A stretch of 64,000 nucleotides of DNA from Oscillospiraceae bacterium (GTDB lineage: Bacteria > Bacillota > Clostridia > Oscillospirales > QAMX01): positions 1,315 through 65,314 of the forward strand of contig SVMB01000002.1 of NCBI GenBank assembly GCA_015067675.1. Reading direction: 5' to 3'. Position 1 is the stretch's first letter. Each line of letters opens with the position of its first letter. Position numbers and translations under genes: made by a program. Shown here in pieces: positions 56,371 through 64,000 of this stretch. Below the pieces are notes generated by a model that was not told the DNA's origin, did no database searches, and saw only the letters and a list, made by a program, of their open reading frames with translations.

Positions 56371-56439
56371 CCTGATTTTGGTATATTACAAAAAACCTTC
56401 ACAGCAACATGAAACGCCCCTCGGAGGGATACCCCACAC

Positions 56440-58620
56440 TCAGTATTCCGTCCTGTCCATGATCTCCTGCTGAAGCACAGGAGAAAGCCGCGTGTAATAA
56501 TCACTGTAGCCGCCGATGCGAACGATCAGGTCTCTGTGAGCTTCCGGATGGACTCTGGCATCCTCCAGCGTTTCCCGGTCCACCACGTTGACCTGCAGTT
56601 CTATGCCGCCCCGCTCCATAAAGGTGCGGACAAACGCGGTGAGATTCTCCCCTCTTGATCCGTTGAGATTGTCTCTTCCGAATTTCAGGTTCACCACCAT
56701 GCCGCCAAGCAGAGCGCTCTGGTCCCACGAGGTCAGTGAGCAAAGCATCGCCGTCGGGCCGTTTACGTCTCTGCCCTGCACCGCACTGCAGCCGTCGGAA
56801 TAGGAGGTTCCCGCGTGCCGTCCGTCAAAGGTTGCCCCCATCTTTGCACCCATCGTAGCGTGATTGATATAGCTGAATGTTCCGGGCATCATATGATCCC
56901 AGAGCACAGTGTTCTTCCCGAAAATTCCCTGCAGAGACGCCGCAAGCCTTGCCGCCATGGCGTCAGCCATGGGATCAGCGTTTCCGTAATGCGGAAGCTT
57001 GTTGATGATGAACTGACGCAGGGGCTCATTTTCCGCATAATCCCCGGCAACAGTCTCCGCAAACGCCTCAAGCGTGAGCTTTTTCCGGGTATATACCAGT
57101 TCCGAGAGCGCAATCAGCGAATCCACCGCCGTGGCAAAGCCCACGAAAATGGGCTGTTCAAACATATACCGTTCTCCGCCCTCGTAAATGCTCTTGCCGC
57201 GTGCGATACAGTCATCGATCAGCGCGCAGATGCGCATGGCTTCGTTTCCGATGCGGGCGCCCTCCAGAATGCGAACGGCGTAGTTCAGCGCCCTCGTCCC
57301 GACACTTGCTTTTAGTTCTTCCAGATAGCGCTCATAGAGCTCGTCAAAGCTATCAAACGTCTGCTTCCGGGTCAACTGCACCAGGAAACGGGGCAGATCG
57401 ATGGTAAAGGGCGTGGAATGGGCCTTGGATTTGCCGATCACCGAGATCTCCGCGCAGGTGGAGTGAATATAATTCACCGCGTCGGCAGGAGAAACACCGT
57501 AGTGCCGGATCAGGGACTCCGTAATAGCGTCGTCATTGTAAAAGGCAGGATGCGTAGTCCCGTGGGACAAAATCTCCGCGCAGAATGTAAGCAGCTCGCT
57601 GCTTGTTTCCTTATTAACCGCCAGCGCACCGTTGGGATCGGGGAGCTTCAGGTGGTCAAGAGCGTTGAGGAACATATAGGTCAGATCGTTTTCCACAAGC
57701 TTCCCGTTTTCGTCCTTTCCTCCCACGATGAATCCGCAGGCGGCACGTGAAAAGACGCGGTCAGATACATACAGGCAGAAGTTATCGATCAGCTCCTGCG
57801 TAAACTCCTTTGTCAGCGCACCGGTTTGGATATCTTTCTGATAATAGGGATAGAGATAACGATCAGGCCGTCCCAGCGCATAGAGTCCGAATAACGTCGA
57901 GAGGAAAAACTGCACGCTCTGAATGGCCTCATAAAAACTTTCGGCCGGTTCATCGGGAACCTTTTTCAGCATCGTGGCCAGCCGCAGAAGTTCGCTTTTT
58001 CGCGGCTCCGGCTTTTCCTCCGCGAGCCGGAGCGCTTCTTCCGCGTATCGCTTTGCAAGGTCGGAAACGGCATCCAGCTCGATGAGGCAGCACCGGTAAA
58101 ACTCCCACTGCTTAACCGCCTCCATGTCGGGATAGACCCCAGGCGCATTCAGATCCAGTTCCTCAAGCTTTTCCCTGATCTCCGTGCGCAGGCCGTTGAC
58201 TCCTACGCGCAGGAGCTTATCAAAGTCAAGGCAGATATGGTCCTTTCTCGGCGGGCGCTCTATAAGGGTGTGGGCCGACATCCCAAATGCCTCACAGAGC
58301 CGGTCGTATTCCGCCTGCTCCTCTTCGGTATAGTCGGGAAGATACAGGTGCCCCAGCAGAAGCTCGTCATCATAGATCATGGGCTTTGCTTCATACAGCT
58401 CCTCTGCCTCGGCATAAGAGGTGCGCAGCCGTGTCGTCGGGGCGGACGCGTTCTTTTCAAATCCGCGCAGAAAGCCAAGCGTCATCAGCCGGTCTCCCGA
58501 CCGGTAACACTTATATTTTTCAGGATGATACGGATCCTTCATGGCAGGGACCGTCAGACCCATATAGGTCTCTTTCACCCGTTTCATTCTCGCGGTCATC
58601 GCTTCCGCCTGATAGTTCAT
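56440..58620 (-). CDS. glycyl radical enzyme, PFL2/glycerol-dehydratase-like family
   Basis: C-terminal glycyl-radical motif LIVRIGGYSDYYTRLSPVLQQEIMDRT. Cys loop HSTCAEIS (C-x-E). GAGGTG SD before the ATG at 58620. Confidence 0.85.
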   Translation of the reverse strand: MNYQAEAMTARMKRVKETYMGLTVPAMKDPYHPEKYKCYRSGDRLMTLGFLRGFEKNASAPTTRLRTSYAEAEELYEAKPMIYDDELLLGHLYLPDYTEEEQAEYDRLCEAFGMSAHTLIERPPRKDHICLDFDKLLRVGVNGLRTEIREKLEELDLNAPGVYPDMEAVKQWEFYRCCLIELDAVSDLAKRYAEEALRLAEEKPEPRKSELLRLATMLKKVPDEPAESFYEAIQSVQFFLSTLFGLYALGRPDRYLYPYYQKDIQTGALTKEFTQELIDNFCLYVSDRVFSRAACGFIVGGKDENGKLVENDLTYMFLNALDHLKLPDPNGALAVNKETSSELLTFCAEILSHGTTHPAFYNDDAITESLIRHYGVSPADAVNYIHSTCAEISVIGKSKAHSTPFTIDLPRFLVQLTRKQTFDSFDELYERYLEELKASVGTRALNYAVRILEGARIGNEAMRICALIDDCIARGKSIYEGGERYMFEQPIFVGFATAVDSLIALSELVYTRKKLTLEAFAETVAGDYAENEPLRQFIINKLPHYGNADPMADAMAARLAASLQGIFGKNTVLWDHMMPGTFSYINHATMGAKMGATFDGRHAGTSYSDGCSAVQGRDVNGPTAMLCSLTSWDQSALLGGMVVNLKFGRDNLNGSRGENLTAFVRTFMERGGIELQVNVVDRETLEDARVHPEAHRDLIVRIGGYSDYYTRLSPVLQQEIMDRTEY

Positions 58621-58733
58621 AGCGTTCACCTCTTGACAAAGTATGGTTTTATGCCATAATGATAGTTGATGTTTCTTGTAAACAATAGTATACTTTCTCG
58701 AAAACATAAAATATCTGAACCAAGAGGTTAAAA

Positions 58734-59594
58734 ATGAATCATTTCCCGATCCAGAAAACAGTCAGCAAGGATTCCATTCTCAATTTTTCTCATTTCGTCA
58801 TGGATGCTCCGGCAGGAACGTGGAAAAAGGAAAACGTGATTATGTGCGACGGCTTCAAAATCAACGTTTTTGTCGAGGGCAGCTTTTCCGTCTTTTCCGA
58901 CGGAGTCCTCCACCGTCCCACATACGGTGATATCTGCGTCTTGCCGCCTATGAAAATGCACTACGGGCAGATCACCGAACCCATGCACATCAACTATTAC
59001 CAGCTCGACGTGGGTACCAATGCCTTTTCAGCCGTTCCCGACGGTGACCGGCTGATCAGGCGGCTTCTTGAGGTCATGGCGGACAACGATTCCTTCCTGC
59101 GCCCCGACGCCGGAAACCGCGACGCCGTGCTGAAGCTTTGCCGTGAGATCGAGGGAGCAATCCTGAAAGATGAGGTTTTTCTGGCCTACGCCAAAGTCGT
59201 GGAGCTGCTGTCGCTGTTCTCCACGCTCTATCTACGGCCGATGAAGGTTACAGGGGTTGCATATTCCCTGCGTACCGCAGAAACAATCCGGTATATCGAA
59301 GCAAATTATGCCGAAAACATTTCCGTAAAGCAGCTATCCGCCGCGCTGGGCGTCAGCACGTCATTTTTATCCCGCATTTTCAAAAAAGAGATCGGCGTCA
59401 CAATCCACGAATACCTCAACCAGTACAGAATCGCTCAATCGATTCCCCTCCTCAAAAACCACTCCGTGACCGAGGTGGGATTCCTGTGCGGCTTTTGTGA
59501 CAACTCCCACTTTATTTCGGTATTCAAAAGATACATGGGAACCACCCCCATGCAGTATGCAAGACTGCATGACCGTTCCAATTCGTCCCTCTGA
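58734..59594 (+). CDS. AraC family transcriptional regulator
   Basis: Cupin-like N-terminus plus HTH (...GFLCGFCDNSHFISVFKRYMGTTPMQY). Divergent from the GRE gene. Confidence 0.85.
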   Translation: MNHFPIQKTVSKDSILNFSHFVMDAPAGTWKKENVIMCDGFKINVFVEGSFSVFSDGVLHRPTYGDICVLPPMKMHYGQITEPMHINYYQLDVGTNAFSAVPDGDRLIRRLLEVMADNDSFLRPDAGNRDAVLKLCREIEGAILKDEVFLAYAKVVELLSLFSTLYLRPMKVTGVAYSLRTAETIRYIEANYAENISVKQLSAALGVSTSFLSRIFKKEIGVTIHEYLNQYRIAQSIPLLKNHSVTEVGFLCGFCDNSHFISVFKRYMGTTPMQYARLHDRSNSSL

Positions 59595-59652
59595 TCGGGA
59601 GGGAGGATTGAATCGGTCTGCATGAGCGCAGATCCTGCTTCATTTGCAAAAC

Positions 59653-59682
59653 AAAAAAGCACTTCTTACGAAGTGCTTTTTT
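59653..59682. terminator. bidirectional intrinsic terminator
   Basis: aaaaaagcacttc-ttac-gaagtgctttttt. Confidence 0.8.
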
Positions 59683-59686
59683 GTTT

Positions 59687-59761
<75 letters not shown>

Positions 59762-59952
59762 GTATGAAATTAACCATCATCACTGACAGCTTCTTTATTA
59801 TACACGCTTACTCCCCATTTGTCAAGAGGGAATTTCCAACTTCTGCGAACTTTTATCGCAAACCTTCCGCGGCAAAAGGACGCCGCGTGCATACACACGC
59901 GGCGTCCTTTCACAGCTTACGCTAAAACAATCACAAACCTCAGGAAGCGAGA

Positions 59953-61560
59953 TTACTTGTTCTCGGCAGCCCAGGCGTCGGCCTGAGTCTGAACCTCGGC
60001 AACGATCTTCTCGGCGCCGTTGGCGTTGAGCTTCTCGTTGAAGGCAGCGATCATCTCGTCGACATTGGGAGTCATACCGAACTTCAGGGTGTCGTGGTAC
60101 TCGGCAACAACACCGGCGACGGCAGCGACTTCGTTCTCAACGGGAGTGGTGTCGGCGACAAAGCCCATGTAGTAGGAAGCGATAGCGTTCTCGTTCATCT
60201 TCTCCAGCTCGGTGAAGAAGGCGCCGTCCAGATCGGTGGGCAGGTAGCAGGTGAACAGGTTGCCCAGCTCAGCATGGTACCAGTAGTAGAAGGGACGATC
60301 GGACTTGTTGGGAACATCGTTCTTGGTACCGGTGAAGTCAGCGCGGGTAACGCCGTCCTGCTCAACAGCATTCCAGTGGGTGCCTTCGACACCGAAACGC
60401 CACATGGTGGAGTAGATCGGATCGGAGAACATCAGGTTCAGAGCCTGCATGGCCTTCTCGGGGTTCTCGGAGTGAGAAGCGATGGCGTTCATGACGGCCT
60501 GGATGTAACCGGTGTAGGTGAAGGAATGGGTGGGATGAATCAGGCCCTGCTCGAAAGCTTCGTACTGGTTGACATTGGGAACGGCCAGACCCCAGGTGAA
60601 GTTACCCAGAGAAGCGCCGGTCTTCTTCAGAGCACCTTCGGGATCGGCATTCTGAGCGTCGAAGGGGAAGATGTTGTCATCGACCCAGCGGGTGATGAGC
60701 TTGATGGCATCGGCATACTCGTTGGTAGCGTAGACGTTGAAGATCTTCTTGCCCTCGGCCAGCTCGCCGTCGTTCTGGAAGGAGCCGTCGATGGCAGCAG
60801 TGGCGATGGAGGTCAGGGTATCAGCGTGGTAGTAGATGTGCATATCCTGACGGTGGGAGATCAGGTAGATATTGGCCCAGTCGGGATACTTGGCATCACG
60901 GAGCTCCTTGGCTTCGTAGAAGATGGCATCCAGGTCACGACCGTAGGTGTAACCGGAGTTGAGAATCTTCTCCTCAACGCCCAGATCCTGAGCCAGAGTC
61001 TTGTTGTAGATGAAGCCCATGTCAACGGACATATCCTTGTAGGTAGGCATGCCGTAGATCTGGCCGGCGACAGTGGCGCCGTCCCAAACGTACTGGGGAA
61101 TGGCTTCGTAGGTCTCAGCGGCATACTCCTTGAGCAGGTCGTTGAGGGGCATGAAGGCACCGGCCTTCTGCCAGGTCAGGAAGCGGAGCTGAGAAGCAGA
61201 GGTGAACACGACGTCCATGGGCTGCTGGGCAGACATGGCGGCAGTGGCCTTCTGATCGTAGTCAGCATTGGAGAAGTTGTGCCACTCGACGGTAGCATTG
61301 ATGTCCTCGAGGAACTTCTCGTTGTAAGCTTCCTCGACGAGAGGCCAGTCCTTATCGCCATCCTGGCGGGCATACCAGTGCAGGACGACGGTCTCCTCAG
61401 AGGGAGCAGCGGTGGTGGCAGCAGCGGTGGTGGTGTTGTCGCCGGCGGCAGCGGTGGTCGCAGCGGCGGTGGTGGTCTGAGACTGGTCGCCGCCGCAGCC
61501 GGTCAGAACCAGCGCGAGGACCATCATCAGAGCCAGGGACATTGCAAGGATCTTCTTCAT
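59953..61560 (-). CDS. extracellular solute-binding lipoprotein (ABC transporter, family 1, large oligosaccharide type)
   Basis: Lipobox LVLTGC and a Thr/Ala-rich linker. AGGAGG SD before the ATG at 61560. No permease or ATPase genes adjacent. Confidence 0.85.
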   Translation of the reverse strand: MKKILAMSLALMMVLALVLTGCGGDQSQTTTAAATTAAAGDNTTTAAATTAAPSEETVVLHWYARQDGDKDWPLVEEAYNEKFLEDINATVEWHNFSNADYDQKATAAMSAQQPMDVVFTSASQLRFLTWQKAGAFMPLNDLLKEYAAETYEAIPQYVWDGATVAGQIYGMPTYKDMSVDMGFIYNKTLAQDLGVEEKILNSGYTYGRDLDAIFYEAKELRDAKYPDWANIYLISHRQDMHIYYHADTLTSIATAAIDGSFQNDGELAEGKKIFNVYATNEYADAIKLITRWVDDNIFPFDAQNADPEGALKKTGASLGNFTWGLAVPNVNQYEAFEQGLIHPTHSFTYTGYIQAVMNAIASHSENPEKAMQALNLMFSDPIYSTMWRFGVEGTHWNAVEQDGVTRADFTGTKNDVPNKSDRPFYYWYHAELGNLFTCYLPTDLDGAFFTELEKMNENAIASYYMGFVADTTPVENEVAAVAGVVAEYHDTLKFGMTPNVDEMIAAFNEKLNANGAEKIVAEVQTQADAWAAENK

Positions 61561-61787
61561 GCTCAAGAATCCTCCTAAAAAAATTTCCCGGTATTTATAC
61601 GCAAAGTACAAATCCGATGTGCATATTTTATTCCTTCCCGTAAAATATTTCAATATGCAAAACGCCCGTTTCCATTTACGCCTGCAAGCGGTTTTTCCAC
61701 AATTTTTACATATTTAATCTTTTGTTTCAATTTATATATTATTTTTATATAATTACTTCGATTTTGTCATTTTTTCTTTTATATTTC

Positions 61788-61823
61788 AAAAATCGCCCCG
61801 TATCTGTGACACGGGGCGATTTT
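61788..61823 (-). terminator. intrinsic terminator of the UPF0210 operon
   Basis: aaaatcgccccgt-N9-acggggcgatttt. Confidence 0.75.
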
Positions 61824-61846
61824 ACGCATTGTAAAATATCGATAAA

Positions 61847-63205
61847 TCAGTTTCTGAGGCTGTGAATCGGCGCCGGGATGCGTCCGCCGCGGGAAATGAA
61901 CTTGCCGGGGCTCTTTGTGCACACTTCCATGACAGGAGCGGAGCCCAGCAGACCGCCGAATTCCACTTCGTCGCCCACTTTACAGCCAAAGGCCGGAATC
62001 ACACGCACGGCAGTGGTCTTATTGTTGACCACGCCGATGGAGATCTCGTCGGCGATGATGCCGCAGATAACGTCGGCAGGAGTATCACCGGGGATAGCGA
62101 TCATGTCAAGGCCGACGGAGCACACGGCGGTCATGGCCTCGAGCTTGTCCAGACGCAGGATGCCTGCGCGGGCAGCATCGATCATACCGGCATCCTCAGA
62201 CACGGGGATAAAGGCGCCGGACAGGCCGCCGACATGGGACGACGCCATGACGCCGCCTTTCTTGACCGCGTCGTTGAGCAGAGCAAGCGTCGCGGTGGTA
62301 CCGTGGGCGCCGCACTGCTCAAGGCCCATCTCCTCCAGGATATGGGCAACGGAGTCACCGATGGCAGGCGTAGGAGCCAGGGACAGGTCAACGATACCGA
62401 AGGGCACGCCGAGCCGCTGGGAAGCCTCGGTGGCCACCAGCTGACCCACGCGGGTAATCTTGAAAGCGGTACGCTTGACGGTTTCGGCAAGCTGGGAGAG
62501 GTTGCAGTCGCCGGCTCTGGCGATGGCAGAGCGCACAACACCGGGGCCGGAGACGCCGACATTGATAACGCAGTCGGGCTCACCCACGCCGTGGAAAGCA
62601 CCGGCCATGAAGGGATTATCCTCCACGGCATTGGCAAAGACCACGAGCTTTGCGCAGGCCATGGAGCTGTTGTCACGGGTCAGGTAGGCGCACTGCTTGA
62701 TGATATCGCCCATCTGCGCAATGGCATCCATGTTGATACCGGCGCGGGTGGTGGCGACGTTGACGGAGGAGCAGACGATATCGGTGGAGGCCAGCGCCTC
62801 GGGGATGGAGCGCAGCAGGTTTTCATCACCGCCGGTGAAGCCCTTATGGACAAGAGCCGAGAAGCCGCCGATGAAGTTGACGCCGACAGTCTTGGCGGCG
62901 CGGTCCATCGCCAGGGCAATGGGGGTATAGTCCGACGCGCGGCAGGAGCCCGCCACCATGGCGATAGGGGTCACGCTGATACGCTTATTGATGATCGGGA
63001 TGCCGTACTCATGCTCGATTTCCTCACCGGTACGCACAAGCTTTTCAGCGCTGCGGGTGATTTTATCGTAGATGCGGGCGCAGAGCACTTCCATGTTGTC
63101 CGCAGCGCAGTCCATCAGGGAAATACCCATCGTAATGGTACGGATATCGAGGTGTTCCTCCTCGATCATTTTGATTGTTTCAAGAATATCACCGGTATTG
63201 AGCAT
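61847..63205 (-). CDS. UPF0210 (DUF711, PFL-like fold) family protein
   Basis: [30 protein letters not shown]... is characteristic of UPF0210. Confidence 0.8.
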   Translation of the reverse strand: MLNTGDILETIKMIEEEHLDIRTITMGISLMDCAADNMEVLCARIYDKITRSAEKLVRTGEEIEHEYGIPIINKRISVTPIAMVAGSCRASDYTPIALAMDRAAKTVGVNFIGGFSALVHKGFTGGDENLLRSIPEALASTDIVCSSVNVATTRAGINMDAIAQMGDIIKQCAYLTRDNSSMACAKLVVFANAVEDNPFMAGAFHGVGEPDCVINVGVSGPGVVRSAIARAGDCNLSQLAETVKRTAFKITRVGQLVATEASQRLGVPFGIVDLSLAPTPAIGDSVAHILEEMGLEQCGAHGTTATLALLNDAVKKGGVMASSHVGGLSGAFIPVSEDAGMIDAARAGILRLDKLEAMTAVCSVGLDMIAIPGDTPADVICGIIADEISIGVVNNKTTAVRVIPAFGCKVGDEVEFGGLLGSAPVMEVCTKSPGKFISRGGRIPAPIHSLRN

Positions 63206-63218
63206 CTTCGAGTGCCTC

Positions 63219-63488
63219 CTATATACGGTGCATGGAGTTGAAGATATCCTCGTGCATGGTATGGATCTTCACGCCGATCTGCTCGCCGAGCGCGCGCATT
63301 TCATCCACCAGCGCGGTGAAGGGGATGGTGCAGGCGGAGATATCCACATACATGACCATAGCGAAGATGTCGCCCATGACGCTCTGGGTAATATCGAGAA
63401 CATTGACGCCGCGCTCAGAGAGCACGGTGGTGGTTTTGGCGATGATGCCCTTGGCATCACGGCCGACAACAGTGATCACAGCTTTCAT
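63219..63488 (-). CDS. ACT domain protein (UPF0237 family)
   Basis: [35 protein letters not shown]... is the usual partner found upstream of UPF0210. Confidence 0.8.
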   Translation of the reverse strand: MKAVITVVGRDAKGIIAKTTTVLSERGVNVLDITQSVMGDIFAMVMYVDISACTIPFTALVDEMRALGEQIGVKIHTMHEDIFNSMHRI

Positions 63489-63522
63489 GGCAGTGGTTTC
63501 CTTTCACATGAATGGTGATATA

Positions 63523-64000
63523 TCAGAGCAGCTCATCCAGGCAGACAAACAACTCCGAGATAATGGCATTGGATACGAATGCGCCCCGGGGCGTCAGCCT
63601 CCAGTGCGTATTCTGCCGCACGGTCAGCCCATGCGGCTCATATTTTTGCAGAATCCTCGCAAACGGTGCAAAGGACAGGCCGAACCGGGCCTCAAAATCC
63701 GCAGGATCGATGCCCTCCGTCATACGAAGTCTGAGCATCAGGTATTCCTCGGTCTCATCCTGCGCTTCATCATCCTCCCTGACGGCGTTTCCCGACAGGA
63801 AGGCATCCGCCGAGGGAGTCCAGACGCTTCGAATCCCCCTGATGAGCGAATGTGCCGACGGACCGTAGCCGTAATAGTCCTCGCCGGTCCAGTATTTGCT
63901 GTTGTGGCGGGACTGAAAGCCTTCTTTTGCAAAATTTGAGATCTCATACTGATGAAATCCTGCTTTTTCCAGCGTTTCAACCATCATCAGGTACATCTCA
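63523..64000 (-). CDS. hemW: radical SAM heme chaperone HemW-like, C-terminal part (5' end outside window)
   Basis: HemN_C-type C-terminus (...YEISNFAKEGFQSRHNSKYWTGEDYYGYGPSAHS...). The ORF runs off the window end. Confidence 0.7.
   Translation of the reverse strand, partial: EMYLMMVETLEKAGFHQYEISNFAKEGFQSRHNSKYWTGEDYYGYGPSAHSLIRGIRSVWTPSADAFLSGNAVREDDEAQDETEEYLMLRLRMTEGIDPADFEARFGLSFAPFARILQKYEPHGLTVRQNTHWRLTPRGAFVSNAIISELFVCLDELL

Overview
GC-rich chromosomal segment (by eye well above 50% GC), typical of an anaerobic gut Clostridia (Oscillospiraceae/Ruminococcaceae-like) genome. I support about 47 protein genes and one tRNA-Cys. There is no rRNA, CRISPR array, prophage, transposase, integrase or reverse transcriptase. 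Content: (i) a partial transketolase, a CE15-like esterase, two tandem ceramidase-like paralogs and a divergent bile-salt-hydrolase-type Ntn hydrolase. (ii) A LytTR regulator, a membrane-less AgrC-type kinase core, an MBL hydrolase, a large mosaic lipoprotein and a heterodimeric ABC exporter pair. (iii) An uncharacterised cytoplasmic operon: aldo/keto reductase-ferredoxin fusion, beta-propeller protein, Cys/His protein. (iv) Housekeeping genes (DegV, PcrA, PnuC, HemW, the UPF0210/ACT pair). (v) Many cytoplasmic carbohydrate-type enzymes with AraC, MarR and Crp/Fnr regulators. (vi) A [FeFe]-hydrogenase maturation operon (ACT regulator-hydE-hydG-hydF) divergent from a ferredoxin-hcp operon. (vii) A glycyl-radical enzyme locus with no activase. 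The most unusual signal is non-coding. A 683-bp long inverted repeat wraps a bidirectional terminator at 37.4-38.1 kb, and a one-armed second copy sits at 53.5-54.0 kb. Both follow the stop codon of a minus-strand gene, and I cannot assign them to any RNA or mobile-element family I know. Other observations: an AraC gene frameshifted in a homopolymer next to copy 2, LytTR-style direct repeats in the ABC exporter promoter, three leader regions with terminator/antiterminator geometry, a palindrome centred near -41.5 upstream of ferredoxin-hcp, and a sharp compositional mosaic inside the lipoprotein gene. All functional calls rest on motif and family recognition by eye; no searches were run.
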